DNA of 64,000 nucleotides from an uncultured Acidimicrobiia bacterium. Lineage in GTDB: Bacteria > Actinomycetota > Acidimicrobiia > Spongiisociales > ZC4RG35. The notes beneath the pieces are model-generated. The model was not told the origin of the DNA, made no database searches, and saw only the letters and a list, made by a program, of their open reading frames with translations. Position 1 is the first letter of the stretch, and each line of letters begins with the position of its first letter. Below, one piece after another: positions 11,674 to 22,008 of this stretch. The stretch lies in assembly GCA_964195235.1 (NCBI GenBank), contig CAXMOW010000002.1, positions 3,772-67,771 of the forward strand. Reading direction: 5' to 3'. Both the position numbers and the translations under genes were made by a program.

Positions 11674-12535
11674 GAGCGTCCGGATCCTTGTTGATGGCGA
11701 TGATCGTGCCTGAGTCCTTCATCCCGACGAGGTGCTGCATAGCCCCGGAGATGCCACAAGCGATGTATACGTCCGGCTTGACGGTTTTGCCGGTCTGCCC
11801 GACCTGTTTGGCATAGGGGACCCATCCCGCATCGACGATTGCCCTGGTGGCTCCTGTGGCGGCACGGAGTGGCTTGGCGACACTTTCCACCAAGGCGTAA
11901 GCCTCAGCGGAACCAAGTCCACGGCCCCCGGAGACGATGATCGCCGCTTCCCCGAGTTGGGGGCCTTCTCGTTCCTCGACCATTGAGTCGGTCACGGTTG
12001 CTTCGGAGGCACCCGGGTCTGGCAGTTCGAGTATCGACATCGATGGTGTGGAGGCCTCCGCTGGCTCCGCCACAAACGATTTGGGCCGAATAAGGACTAT
12101 GAACGGGCCTTGTGTTGCTTCTGCGGTAGCAATCTGTGCGCCACCAAAGACTTCGTGCTCAGTCTCAACCCCGTTGTCTGTGAGTCGAACATCGGTGGCG
12201 TTGGAGAGGACGCCCACCCCGAGTCGAGCCGCGAGACGACCCGCTATGTCCCGATCGTTGTAGGCCTGGCCGAAGAGGATCAGGTCCGGCGCCCCGGCGC
12301 CGACCTTGGCTGCCAGGGCAGCAGCGGTTGGTGCCGATGGCAAACGGTCTCCGGTGTCGATGTGGATGACCGAGCTGGCGCCGTATTCGCCTATCACTTT
12401 CATTGAGTCGGCGGCTGCCTCCCCGAGAAGCAACGCGGTTACGTCACCCATTGTTCGTGCTTTGGTGAGCAGTTCGAGCCCTAATGTCGAGGGCGCACCG
12501 TTGGCCTGTTCCACGAATACCCAGATGTTCGCCAT
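11588..12535 (-). CDS. etfA: electron transfer flavoprotein alpha subunit
   Basis: 315 aa with C-terminal FAD-binding region ([25 protein letters not shown]). Confidence 0.85.
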   Translation of the reverse strand: MANIWVFVEQANGAPSTLGLELLTKARTMGDVTALLLGEAAADSMKVIGEYGASSVIHIDTGDRLPSAPTAAALAAKVGAGAPDLILFGQAYNDRDIAGRLAARLGVGVLSNATDVRLTDNGVETEHEVFGGAQIATAEATQGPFIVLIRPKSFVAEPAEASTPSMSILELPDPGASEATVTDSMVEEREGPQLGEAAIIVSGGRGLGSAEAYALVESVAKPLRAATGATRAIVDAGWVPYAKQVGQTGKTVKPDVYIACGISGAMQHLVGMKDSGTIIAINKDPDAPIFSVADLGVVGDVHQVLPKLIEALETR

Positions 12536-13293
12536 CAGATCACTTTCCGCTCTTCAAGGAGGGCGATGATCGCCTGATGGGCCTCTCCGTCGTCTTCGAT
12601 GACTTGTCCGGCTGTCCGCTCGGCAGCGTCGGTTATGGAAACCACTTTTTGAGATGTGGCGGGTTCGACACCGAGATCACCGAGCGTCAGGTTGTCGACC
12701 GGCTTCTTCTTGGCGTCCATGATCCCTTTGAACGTCGGATAGCGCGGTTCGACCACACCAGCGGTGACTGACACAACAGCGGGAAGATCTGCCTTGACCA
12801 CGTCGTAGCCGTCGGCCGTTTGCCGGTGGATCGTGACCGACCCGTCACCCGTCTCCACCGAGGTTGCATATGTCAAGGCCGGAGCGTCGAGGTACTCGGC
12901 GATCATCTGTGGGATGACACCGGAGTAGCCATCGGTGGACTCAGTTCCGGCTATCACGAGGTCGTAGCCTTCTCTTGTGATTGCTGCGGCCAGGACTCGT
13001 GCGGTGGTGAGTGCTTCAGACCCACGCAGCGCGTCGTCCTCAATCATCACTGCCTTATCGGCACCCATTGCGAGCGCCTGGCGAATGCCCTGGGCGTTCC
13101 CGTTGGGCCCCATGCTCACCAACGTGACAGTTCCTTCGCTGGCCTGGGCTAGTTGTAGACCCATCTCCACTCCGTAGCGATCGGTGTCATCGAGCACCTG
13201 GTCGTCGGGTCGGACGAGCCAATTGGTCCCTTCTTCGATCTTGTACGGGGTGGCAGGGTCAGGGATCTGCTTGACACAGACGACGACCTTCAA
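12535..13293 (-). CDS. etfB: electron transfer flavoprotein beta subunit
   Basis: MKVVVCVKQIPD... EtfB fold. Its stop overlaps the etfA start. Confidence 0.85.
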   Translation of the reverse strand: MKVVVCVKQIPDPATPYKIEEGTNWLVRPDDQVLDDTDRYGVEMGLQLAQASEGTVTLVSMGPNGNAQGIRQALAMGADKAVMIEDDALRGSEALTTARVLAAAITREGYDLVIAGTESTDGYSGVIPQMIAEYLDAPALTYATSVETGDGSVTIHRQTADGYDVVKADLPAVVSVTAGVVEPRYPTFKGIMDAKKKPVDNLTLGDLGVEPATSQKVVSITDAAERTAGQVIEDDGEAHQAIIALLEERKVI

Positions 13294-13357
13294 TGCGGCT
13301 CCTTATCTGAGATGTGGCGGGCGATGGTAACGAGGTGTGGAGCTAGTGAATCCCCGG

Positions 13358-14668
13358 TCAAATCGAGCTGGCGTCGATCCTCTCGATGACCAAGGAAGGT
13401 GGTTCTGTCGGCTCGGGACCGATAACCCAAGCAGCGCCTAATTGGTCTTGTTGTGCCAGCCATCGTGAGTCATCTGAGTATCTGACTTTTGCGAGGGGGT
13501 CACCCGCAGACACGAAGTCACCGATCTTGGCAACAACGGTGATGCCCACACCGGGGTCGATCACGTCATCTTTTTGTTCCCGTCCGGCGCCAAGTCGGGT
13601 GGCGGCGATTCCGATGGTGCGTGCATCGCAGTTCTGGACATACCCGGCGGTGTTGGCAGTAATGACATCCTCGTGCCGGGCCATCGGGAGAAGTGAGGTG
13701 TCCCGAATCTGATCACTGTTGCCACCTTGAGCCTCGATCACCTCGATGAATTTGGTGAGAGCATCACCTGAGGCGATCGCTTCGTTGAGCCGCTCGCGTC
13801 CTCCATCGATCCCCGCTAACTCCAACATCACCTCACCAAAGGTGAGCGTCAGTTCTATGACATCATCGGGCCCGGAGCCTCTGAGGACGTCGACCGATTC
13901 CTTGATTTCGTTTGCGTTCCCCACTTCGCGTCCCAATGGTTGTTCCATCGAAGTGATCAAGGCGACCGTGTCGACCCCATAACTGGCACCGACGCCGACC
14001 ATCGTTCGCGCCAACTCTCGGGAGCTGCCCAAATCTTGCATCTGCGCTCCCAACCCGGTCTTCACGTCAAGAAGGAGACCATCGAGACCTTCGGCCAACT
14101 TTTTCGACATGATCGAACTCGAGATCAGTGGGATGGAGGGAACCGTCCCGGTAGCGTCGCGGAGTGCGTAAAGCTTGCGGTCGGCGGGCACCAATTTCTG
14201 TGATTGGCCGGCAAGGACCAGACCGTGTTCGACCAACATCGAGCGGAATTGATCGGGCTCAAGAGTGGTAGTGAAGCCTTCGATCGACTCGAGCTTGTCC
14301 AACGTCCCTCCGGTGTGACCGAGACCACGGCCCGAGATCATCGGTATCGAGACACCACAAGAGGCGACCAAAGGCGTCAATGGAATTGAGATCTTGTCAC
14401 CAACGCCACCGGTGGAGTGCTTGTCGACCTTGGCTGCCGCAACATCGGAGAAGTCCATGACATCGCCGGAGTGGAGCATGGAAAGTGTCCACGCACTCAG
14501 CTCGGCATGATTCATGCCATTCAGGAGAATCGCCATCGCCATCGCCGACATCTGATAGTCCGGAACCGACCCGTCCGTGTAGGCAGAGACCAGCCAGTCA
14601 ATCGCGGCTGTGCTCAGCGCGCCGCCGTCGCGCTTTATCTCAATCAGCTCGGTTGCGGTAAACGCCAC
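13358..14668 (-). CDS. deoA: thymidine/pyrimidine-nucleoside phosphorylase
   Basis: 436 aa with the HSTGGVGDK phosphate-binding motif and glycosyl-transferase family 3 architecture. Confidence 0.85.
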   Translation of the reverse strand: MAFTATELIEIKRDGGALSTAAIDWLVSAYTDGSVPDYQMSAMAMAILLNGMNHAELSAWTLSMLHSGDVMDFSDVAAAKVDKHSTGGVGDKISIPLTPLVASCGVSIPMISGRGLGHTGGTLDKLESIEGFTTTLEPDQFRSMLVEHGLVLAGQSQKLVPADRKLYALRDATGTVPSIPLISSSIMSKKLAEGLDGLLLDVKTGLGAQMQDLGSSRELARTMVGVGASYGVDTVALITSMEQPLGREVGNANEIKESVDVLRGSGPDDVIELTLTFGEVMLELAGIDGGRERLNEAIASGDALTKFIEVIEAQGGNSDQIRDTSLLPMARHEDVITANTAGYVQNCDARTIGIAATRLGAGREQKDDVIDPGVGITVVAKIGDFVSAGDPLAKVRYSDDSRWLAQQDQLGAAWVIGPEPTEPPSLVIERIDASSI

Positions 14669-14681
14669 TAGTGGAATGCCA

Positions 14682-15605
14682 CTACAGGATCCCGGTCAAC
14701 TCGGGGAGGCCGAGAGCCAAGTTGAGATTCTGTACAGCTTGCACCGCTGCGCCTTTGAGCAGGTTGTCCTCAGCCCCGACGACCACGATGTTGTGACCGT
14801 CTTTGCTCACTTCCACGCCACCGAGAACAGCCCCAGTCAATCCTGTGCCGTCCCGCAACTCCGGGGCGCGCTCGCGGATCTCGATGAGAGGTTCTTCGGA
14901 ATAGCGATCGCGAAACGTCTGCGCCACGTCCTCAGCTGTGGTCGGCCTTCCAACAGGGATATGAACCGTCACCAGAAGCCCCCGAAATGCGGGATGCACA
15001 TGGGGCATGAATCGAACCGGGTGTTCGAGATACTTCGTCGCCTCGTGCTCATGGATGTGCTCAACCAGCCTGTAGGTCATGAGATTGTCTCGAAGTCGGT
15101 CCGGGTCGGTCATCGGCGATGGCGTGGTTCCCGACCCCGAGTAGCCAGAGACCCCAAAAACCGCCGGGACTCCGTCGAGTTCATCGACGAAAGGTGCGAT
15201 GGCAAGCTGCATGATTGTTGCGTAGCAACCGGGATTGGCGATACGCCGCGCGCCAGCGATCTTGTCACGGAACAGCTCGGGCAACCCGTAAACCCAGGTG
15301 TCGTCGAAACGATGATCCGCTGAAATGTCAACTATGACGGTCTCCTCTGATATCGCCTCCACAAACGGTGTGCTCACTCCGTTCGGCAGAGCCAGAAACA
15401 CCGCGTCCAGGGAAAGGTCGGCCAATTGGTTCGGGCTCAAGTCCTCGAAGACGAGGCCGTCGATTTCGGGTACTGATTGCCCGACCAGCTCTCTCGATCC
15501 GGCGTGCGAGACTTCGACCGCTTGGTGACGTTCGAGAATGGCCAGCAGCTCCGACCCGGTATGCCCGCGGGCACCTACGACGCCGATGCGATGTCTATTC
15601 ACCAT
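14682..15605 (-). CDS. argC: N-acetyl-gamma-glutamyl-phosphate reductase, short (type 2, Xanthomonas/LysY-like) form
   Basis: IGVVGARGHTGSELL NAD(P)-binding N-terminus and catalytic-Cys motif NPGCYAT. About 307 aa, which is shorter than classical ArgC. The alternative start at 15635 would overlap the upstream gene by 41 nt. Confidence 0.7.
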   Translation of the reverse strand: MVNRHRIGVVGARGHTGSELLAILERHQAVEVSHAGSRELVGQSVPEIDGLVFEDLSPNQLADLSLDAVFLALPNGVSTPFVEAISEETVIVDISADHRFDDTWVYGLPELFRDKIAGARRIANPGCYATIMQLAIAPFVDELDGVPAVFGVSGYSGSGTTPSPMTDPDRLRDNLMTYRLVEHIHEHEATKYLEHPVRFMPHVHPAFRGLLVTVHIPVGRPTTAEDVAQTFRDRYSEEPLIEIRERAPELRDGTGLTGAVLGGVEVSKDGHNIVVVGAEDNLLKGAAVQAVQNLNLALGLPELTGIL

Positions 15606-16944
15606 TGCCTTCCTCACTGAATTTGCCGGCCTCATTGAAGTCCGCGGGCAGGTCGGAGATCAGCTTCACTGTCCGAGCGATACGATCGAAGTCGGTCTCT
15701 CCGACCCAAAAGATGGACCATCCACCCGTGTTGACAAAACCATCTGCCTCTTTGATGTAGAAGGCGTTGAAGGTGTTGTCTTGTCTTGATCGCCAGAAGA
15801 ATGACGGATAATCCCGAACCATCTGATCCCAGACCGTTCTCGCCAGGCCCTCACCACGAGCGGTGTCGTCGATGGCGAACTTGTCGAGGTAGGCAAAGTC
15901 GTCTCGTTCTGTCACCAGCGCGGCTGCCCTGCCAGTGTCAGAGATGTAGGCGGTCTTCAAATCGAGCGCATCCCACCAGCCCGGTAGGAGGCTTTTGCCG
16001 AATGCGGAGTCGACGAGTCGGGCGATTTCAGTTCCGTCAATCTCTGACTTGGATTCCTTTTTCAGGATCTTTTCGCCTTGCCGGATCAGTGTGCCGGCAC
16101 CGCCATGGGTGAAGAGTTCCCGGATGAGTGCCGAAGGGGTGGTGATCGAGACCGAAGTCTCCGGTGGAGAATCGTTGAGGAGTTGTTTGATCTCGGCAAG
16201 TTTGAGTCGCATCCCAGAGTGAACCCAGCCCTGGGACATCAGGTCGTCAAAGTCAGAAGCGAGGTTGATCGAGTCGATGATCTGATCACTTTCGTCTCGC
16301 AGGCCGCCCGACTCGGTGAGAAAGATGATCTTCATCGGTTGTACTGCGTGTACTAGCTCTCGTGTGGCTGAGTCGGCGTTCATGTTGACGAGCTGTCCGC
16401 CGGGAGCGACCCCGAGACATGTCAGGATCGGAATCGCCCCTGAGCCGACGATTGAGCGGATCAGATCGAGATGAACCTTGGTGGGCTCGCCGACGAACCC
16501 GTAACGTTGCTGATCGAGCAGTCTGGCGTCGAATGCGCCCTGCGTGAGGCCGTGGGCCGAGACACCTTGTTCTCTCACCGCCTCTACGAGTTCGATGTTC
16601 TTGGCGGTAAAAGTGTCCCGTGCAACGTCTAGGACATCGCTTGTGGTTACTCGAAGCCCGTCGATTCTCTCGGTTTGGATGCCCGTTGCTGCCAGGTCTT
16701 CGTCGAGTTGAGGACCACCACCGTGGAGCACGATGGGTGTCAGCCCAACGGTGTGCAGAAACGCCAGCGAGGCCGCGGTTTCGTCAAGACGGTCGCGCAG
16801 GATTGCCCCCCCGATCTTGATGACGGCGAAACGGGACTGGTCGATCGACGAGAACCTCTGCAGATAGGTGCGGATCTCCTTGCCATCGCTCATGTTGGAG
16901 AGCAGCTGAACGATGGTCTGGCGTACGTCCCGGTTTGGTGCCAT
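15595..16944 (-). CDS. argAB: bifunctional N-acetylglutamate synthase/kinase (amino-acid kinase domain plus C-terminal vertebrate-like NAGS GNAT domain)
   Basis: 449 aa. The N-terminal AAK fold (FAVIKIGGAIL..., HGGGPQ) is fused to an approx. 150-aa C-terminal acetyltransferase-like domain, as in Xanthomonas ArgA/B. Confidence 0.7.
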   Translation of the reverse strand: MAPNRDVRQTIVQLLSNMSDGKEIRTYLQRFSSIDQSRFAVIKIGGAILRDRLDETAASLAFLHTVGLTPIVLHGGGPQLDEDLAATGIQTERIDGLRVTTSDVLDVARDTFTAKNIELVEAVREQGVSAHGLTQGAFDARLLDQQRYGFVGEPTKVHLDLIRSIVGSGAIPILTCLGVAPGGQLVNMNADSATRELVHAVQPMKIIFLTESGGLRDESDQIIDSINLASDFDDLMSQGWVHSGMRLKLAEIKQLLNDSPPETSVSITTPSALIRELFTHGGAGTLIRQGEKILKKESKSEIDGTEIARLVDSAFGKSLLPGWWDALDLKTAYISDTGRAAALVTERDDFAYLDKFAIDDTARGEGLARTVWDQMVRDYPSFFWRSRQDNTFNAFYIKEADGFVNTGGWSIFWVGETDFDRIARTVKLISDLPADFNEAGKFSEEGNGE

Positions 16945-17981
16945 CAGGAATCCTCGAGCAGAGCCTTCATAATCGCTTTTTGGACATGGAGACGATTCTC
17001 AGCCTCGTCGTAGGCGAAACAGTCGGGTCCGTCGAAAACCCCGTCGCTCATGATCACGTTGCGTCTCATCGGTAGGCAGTGGCTGACCAACGCACCGTCG
17101 GCAAGGGCCATTTTCGCTTCATCGACGATGAAGTGGCGATAGTTGTCCCGGATCGGCTTCTCGTCCGACCATCGTCCAAAATAGGGAAGGGCCCCCCAGC
17201 TCTTGGCGTAGATCACATCGGCCCCCACATATGCCGACTCGATATCGTGGGTGACGGTCAGGCTTCGGCCGTTCGCCGACGTGTCACTTGCTGCGATATC
17301 CATATACCGCTTGTCCAACAGATAATCCTCGTTTGGGCAGAGCAGGGTCACATCCATCCCGAATTTGGCTGCGATCATCAGTGCCGAGTTGGCCACTGCG
17401 GTGTTCAGCGGCTTGGGGTGATAACTCCACGTGAGGACAAACTTCTTGCCATCCAATTCTCCAAGCTGTTCCTGGAGCGCCATGGTGAGCGCCATCTCCT
17501 GACACGGATGGGTGATGGTCTCCATGTTGATGACAGGTACATCAGCCTGTTCGGCGAACGAATTGAGGATGAGGTCTTTCCGGTCCTCCTGCCAGTTCTC
17601 AAACTTGGGGAACGCTCGAATCCCGATGAGATCGCAATATCTGGAGAGGACTTTGGCAGCCTCGGCAACATGTTCCTCGGCGTCGCCGGTCATGACGGCA
17701 CCCTTTTCGAATTCGAGTGGCCACATACCGCCAGAGGGAGTGAGCACAACTGCATGTCCCCCCATCTGAAAAGCGCCGACGTCGAAAGATGTGCGGGTGC
17801 GGAGGGAGTTGTTGAGAAACAGAAGTGCAATCGTCTTGCCCTTCATCGCATCGCCGAGGGGAGACTTCTTGAAGACACGGGCGTCATCGATGAGAGCCTG
17901 TAGATCTGGTCTCGACCAGTCGTAGGTGTTGAGGAAGTGCCTGATCGCTTCAAGTGTCGTGCCCTGTGGGCCGCCGTTCAA
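16944..17981 (-). CDS. argF': N-acetylornithine / N-succinylornithine carbamoyltransferase-like transcarbamylase (ArgF')
   Basis: 345 aa with HFLNTYDWSR N-terminus, SLRTR carbamoyl-phosphate motif, HPCQ and HCLPMRRN. No DxxxSMG ornithine motif was seen. Resembles the AOTCase/SOTCase subfamily recalled from memory. Confidence 0.65.
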   Translation of the reverse strand: MNGGPQGTTLEAIRHFLNTYDWSRPDLQALIDDARVFKKSPLGDAMKGKTIALLFLNNSLRTRTSFDVGAFQMGGHAVVLTPSGGMWPLEFEKGAVMTGDAEEHVAEAAKVLSRYCDLIGIRAFPKFENWQEDRKDLILNSFAEQADVPVINMETITHPCQEMALTMALQEQLGELDGKKFVLTWSYHPKPLNTAVANSALMIAAKFGMDVTLLCPNEDYLLDKRYMDIAASDTSANGRSLTVTHDIESAYVGADVIYAKSWGALPYFGRWSDEKPIRDNYRHFIVDEAKMALADGALVSHCLPMRRNVIMSDGVFDGPDCFAYDEAENRLHVQKAIMKALLEDS

Positions 17982-17995
17982 ATCACCCAGGTCAC

Positions 17996-18262
17996 CTAGA
18001 TGCTCACCCGGCCCTTTACAACCAACACCCCGTCATCAGCCAGAAGCCGTGCCTGTCTGGTCCAATCGGGTGTCCGGAGATATCCGCCGGCACCGACGAC
18101 ACGCCACCAGGGGATGTCGACGCCGGCCGTCCGAAGCAATGTGCCGACTGCTCGAGCCGCGCCAGGGTGTCCTGCCTCAGCTGCTACTTCTCCGTAGGTG
18201 ACAACATCGCCTGGCTCAAGACCGGAAATCACCTCGACTACTGAATCCTCGAAATCGGTCAA
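17996..18262 (-). CDS. atl: alkyltransferase-like protein (MGMT-family DNA-binding domain with Trp replacing the active-site Cys)
   Basis: 88 aa with YGEVA...AARAVG...IPWWRVV. The Ogt/Ada PCHRV motif has W in place of C. Overlaps the upp stop by 4 nt. Confidence 0.6.
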   Translation of the reverse strand: MTDFEDSVVEVISGLEPGDVVTYGEVAAEAGHPGAARAVGTLLRTAGVDIPWWRVVGAGGYLRTPDWTRQARLLADDGVLVVKGRVSI

Positions 18263-18879
18263 ACCGTCCCGAAAAGACGGTCGCCCATGTCTCCAAGACC
18301 CGGGGCGATATAGAAGTTGGCGTCGAGCTCACGGTCGAGGCTGGCCGCGACGATGCGGACATCAGGATGATCCGACTTCATACGCGCAACCCCATCCGGT
18401 GCAACGACGACGCACACTGCGGTGATGTCTCTTGCACCATTCCGTTTCACATTGTCGATCGCCCAGGAAAGCGACCCGCCTGTAGCGAGCATCGGTTCGA
18501 GGATGAGGACCCGAGCGTCATCGAGGGCCGGGAATTTGGTGTAGTACTCCATCGGCTCTGCTGTCTCCTCGTTGCGTTGAACCCCGGCGAACCCGATGGC
18601 GGCGTCGGGTACAAGCGTCAGGACGGATTCGAGCAATCCGAGTCCGGCTCTCAGCACTGCGACAGCAACTACTGGCCGGCGAAGGTGCTGACCTACGGTG
18701 GATTCAAGGGGTGTGGTGATCTCCACATCTTCAGTCGGCATATCCGAAAGTGCTTCGGCGACAAGGAGATACCCGAGACGTTCTGCGGTTTGTCTGAACT
18801 CAGGCGGCTCTGTCTCGACCCTTCGCAGAACGGTGAGCAGATCGGTAGCGAGCGGGTGCTCCAAGATTGTGATTGGCAT
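18259..18879 (-). CDS. upp: uracil phosphoribosyltransferase
   Basis: PRPP-binding motif ILEPMLATGGS and GLGDMGDRLFGT C-terminus. Confidence 0.9.
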   Translation of the reverse strand: MPITILEHPLATDLLTVLRRVETEPPEFRQTAERLGYLLVAEALSDMPTEDVEITTPLESTVGQHLRRPVVAVAVLRAGLGLLESVLTLVPDAAIGFAGVQRNEETAEPMEYYTKFPALDDARVLILEPMLATGGSLSWAIDNVKRNGARDITAVCVVVAPDGVARMKSDHPDVRIVAASLDRELDANFYIAPGLGDMGDRLFGTV

Positions 18880-18906
18880 GGGCCTGGAGCCTACGGACCC
18901 AATTGG

Positions 18907-19236
18907 TCAACGTGCGGCCTCGCCTTCTAGCCGGAGCCCGGCGGACTCCCAATCGGCCAAGCCGCCCGCATAACGACGAACGTTCGTGTACCCCTTCTCT
19001 ACCAGTCCCCTGTAGGCGTACTGGCTGGCGACACAGTCCACATTTGAGCAATAGACCACTATCTCGTCTTCGATGTCGAGTGCTTCGAGGGCGTCTTCGA
19101 CCGAATGGAAGTGAATTGACCCGGGGATGTGGAGAGCACGGTACGCCCAGTCGTGAAGGGTCATCACAAGCTTGAACTCGTCTCCTCGGTCCAATTTTGC
19201 CTTCAACTCTTCACGATCAATTGTCACGATGTCCAC
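18907..19236 (-). CDS. single-domain rhodanese-like sulfurtransferase
   Basis: HIPGSIHF and active-site VVYCSNVDC loop. GTG start at 19236 is proposed; the ORF track extends to 19317. Confidence 0.6.
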   Translation of the reverse strand: MDIVTIDREELKAKLDRGDEFKLVMTLHDWAYRALHIPGSIHFHSVEDALEALDIEDEIVVYCSNVDCVASQYAYRGLVEKGYTNVRRYAGGLADWESAGLRLEGEAAR

Positions 19237-19288
19237 GACGTCCCTTTCTGCAAGTTTGAAATCAACCCTAGAACTGAGTGTCAAGCCC

Positions 19289-21994
19289 CTAGCCGGTGTT
19301 GCGCATACCTGCGGCAATCCCGTTGACCGTCAGCAGCAAAGCCCGATCCAGATCATCGGACTGCTCACCCGTGCGACTCCGCCCTAGGAGTGACACCTGG
19401 AGATAGTTGATCGGGTCCAGGTATATGTCCCGAACACTCAGCGTCCGCTGAAGGAGGGGGGACGAATCTAGGAGCTCCCGGTTCCCAACCAGATTGAGGA
19501 CCTGGGTCTCCGCAAGCTCTCGTTCGACCTGGATCTTCTCGAATAGGTGATGATGTTCAGAGTCGACCAACTCGTCCACGTATCGGGATGCGATGTCGAG
19601 ATCCGTCTTGAACAGGGTCATCTCAACGTTGGAGAGGAATGTCTGCATGAACGACCACTCGGTTGACATCTCGATGAGAACCTCTCCGTAACCTGCGTCA
19701 CGTGCTGCTTTGAGGCCTGCGCCGACACCGAACCATCCTGGAATCGTCTGACGTGTCTGAGTCCAGCCGAACACCCAGGGAATAGCCCGGAGGTCGTCAA
19801 CCCCACCCAGTCCACCCGGCCGACGAGAGGGCCGGCTTCCTATGTTCATCTTGCCGAGTTCCTCCACAGGTGTTGAAGCCAGGAAGTAAGGGACCATGCT
19901 CGGGTCGTCGACTAGCGACCGGTAGACGTTGTATGCCTCAGCAGCGAAACAGTCCATCGCCTCAGTCCATCGGTCAAGAGTCTCAGTCGAGCGGCGCGAT
20001 TGGCGATGGAGCAGCGAGCTTTCCAAAACAGATGCCACCAGCAACTCGAGGTTGCGTGCAGCGATACCTGGATTCCCGTACTTGTCTGAGATGACTTCGC
20101 CTTGCTCTGTGAGCTTGATCGATCCGTCGATTGTTCCGTAGGGCTGCGCGAGTATGGCGGCATGGGTGGGTCCGCCGCCTCTTCCGATCGTTCCGCCGCG
20201 ACCGTGGAACAATGTCAGCTGAACGCCGTGCTTCTCGGCAACGCTGCGCATCACTCGCTGCGCCTTGTAGATCTCCCACTGTGAAGAGGTGATTCCACCA
20301 ACTTTGTTGGAGTCGGAGTATCCGAGCATTACTTCTTGGTTGTCACCGCGCAGCGATACCAACCGCCGATATTCAGTGTTGTACAGAAGGTTGTCGAGGA
20401 GCTGGCCCGACTTTCGGAGGTCGTCGATTGTTTCGACGAGGGGAACGAATCCGAGCCTGGCGATTCCCTGATCAAGGTCGATGAGGCCTGCCTCGCGGGC
20501 GAGTACAACCGCATCGATCACGTCCATGGGGCTCTCAGTCATTGAGATTATGTAGCTCTCTACGACTTGTTCGCCATACCTCCGTTTGGCTTCCCTTATC
20601 GAGTGGAAGGTGTCCAGGGTTTCTGCCGTTTCGTCGGATAGACGGGTCGTTGGCCCCGTAAGGGGGCGGGCACCAGTTAGCTCGCCAGATGTCACCGACA
20701 TCCGTTGGTTTCCACCCATCGAGACGAGTTCGACGCCCACCGTGTTGAATAGCTCCTCGACGGCACTCCGGTGTTTTGCCGAATGTTCACGAATATCGAG
20801 GGTTGCCATCTGGAAGCCCAGCGCTTTGGCCTGGCGGCGTACCCGGGATACGGCCCCGGTGGCAATCAGCTCGCCTTTTGAACCCGACAATGATTTGGAA
20901 ATCACGTCGATTTCGAAAATCAGATCATCGACGCGGGCGTAGTCGGTGCCCTGCCGGTAGTGAGATCCGGTCTTGATCCGGTCTCGTGTGTTGATGAGCC
21001 GTGCATGGATATACGAACACTTGAGACGATAAGGCTCGTCGGACGTCCGACGCTCCTCACGACGCCAGACGTCAGGTAGATGATCGCGGTCGGCCTCGAG
21101 TGAATCGCGAAGAGCTTCACTTATCGGCGCGAGTCGTCCTGACATCGAAAGCTCATTGGACAGGTCCTCGACAAGCGCAATCAGATGGGTAAGACCACGG
21201 TCATGTTGCAACGCAAGTGTTTCCAGAGTGGTGGCACCGGTGACTCCAGGGTTTCCATCCCGGTCGCCGCCGACCCAGGTGCCAAAGCGCAAGGGCACTA
21301 ATTCTTCGGAGCTGAGCCGGCTCAGCTGCTGGTCCAGCGTCTCGCCCAACTCGCCGACCACGTCGTTGGCCAAGCCGACCAGGTAGTAGAGAATCGAACG
21401 GGCCTCCTCAACCACACTCGGTTTGTAGGTTCGCAGCTCGTCGGTTTGCCAGATCTGATCGATCAGCTCGGCAGTGCGCTGATCGATCAACTCCACCCGA
21501 TCCAGCTCATTGGTGACGAGTCGTCTCTCGATGAGGTCGGCAAGCGTTCTCCGCTTGGTCAGGATGCTACGTCTGGCGACTTCAGTCGGGTGTGCTGTAA
21601 AAACAGGACGCACTTCGAAACGTGACATAACTGCTGCGACGAGCATCGGATCGAGATCAGCGTCGATTATCCGATCAACTGTCGCCTGGAGATACCTGTC
21701 GTCGGAGCCCATTTCATCGATCCGATGGACCTGCTCGGAAACGTTTGCCAAATAGAAATAGGTGGTGAACGCCCTGACTAGCGGTATTACCTGTTCGGGG
21801 TCGAGACTCTCGAGGAGGGTTCGAAGCACGTCGGTAGCTGCAGCGCTGCCACCACGTCGTGCCGACTTCCCCAAGGATCGGACCTTTTCAACGAGATCGA
21901 GCAGATCCTGACCATGCTGACGGACCAGGGCTTCGCCCAACTGATTACCCAGTCGGCGGATGTCGGCTCGGAGTGTCTCGTCTTTACTAGCCAC
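19289..21994 (-). CDS. ppc: phosphoenolpyruvate carboxylase
   Basis: 901 aa with signatures VMLGYSDSNKVGG, FHGRGGTIGRGGGPTH and C-terminal AAGMRNTG. Confidence 0.9.
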   Translation of the reverse strand: MASKDETLRADIRRLGNQLGEALVRQHGQDLLDLVEKVRSLGKSARRGGSAAATDVLRTLLESLDPEQVIPLVRAFTTYFYLANVSEQVHRIDEMGSDDRYLQATVDRIIDADLDPMLVAAVMSRFEVRPVFTAHPTEVARRSILTKRRTLADLIERRLVTNELDRVELIDQRTAELIDQIWQTDELRTYKPSVVEEARSILYYLVGLANDVVGELGETLDQQLSRLSSEELVPLRFGTWVGGDRDGNPGVTGATTLETLALQHDRGLTHLIALVEDLSNELSMSGRLAPISEALRDSLEADRDHLPDVWRREERRTSDEPYRLKCSYIHARLINTRDRIKTGSHYRQGTDYARVDDLIFEIDVISKSLSGSKGELIATGAVSRVRRQAKALGFQMATLDIREHSAKHRSAVEELFNTVGVELVSMGGNQRMSVTSGELTGARPLTGPTTRLSDETAETLDTFHSIREAKRRYGEQVVESYIISMTESPMDVIDAVVLAREAGLIDLDQGIARLGFVPLVETIDDLRKSGQLLDNLLYNTEYRRLVSLRGDNQEVMLGYSDSNKVGGITSSQWEIYKAQRVMRSVAEKHGVQLTLFHGRGGTIGRGGGPTHAAILAQPYGTIDGSIKLTEQGEVISDKYGNPGIAARNLELLVASVLESSLLHRQSRRSTETLDRWTEAMDCFAAEAYNVYRSLVDDPSMVPYFLASTPVEELGKMNIGSRPSRRPGGLGGVDDLRAIPWVFGWTQTRQTIPGWFGVGAGLKAARDAGYGEVLIEMSTEWSFMQTFLSNVEMTLFKTDLDIASRYVDELVDSEHHHLFEKIQVERELAETQVLNLVGNRELLDSSPLLQRTLSVRDIYLDPINYLQVSLLGRSRTGEQSDDLDRALLLTVNGIAAGMRNTG

Positions 21995-22008
21995 GTGGTG
22001 AGGCTAGG

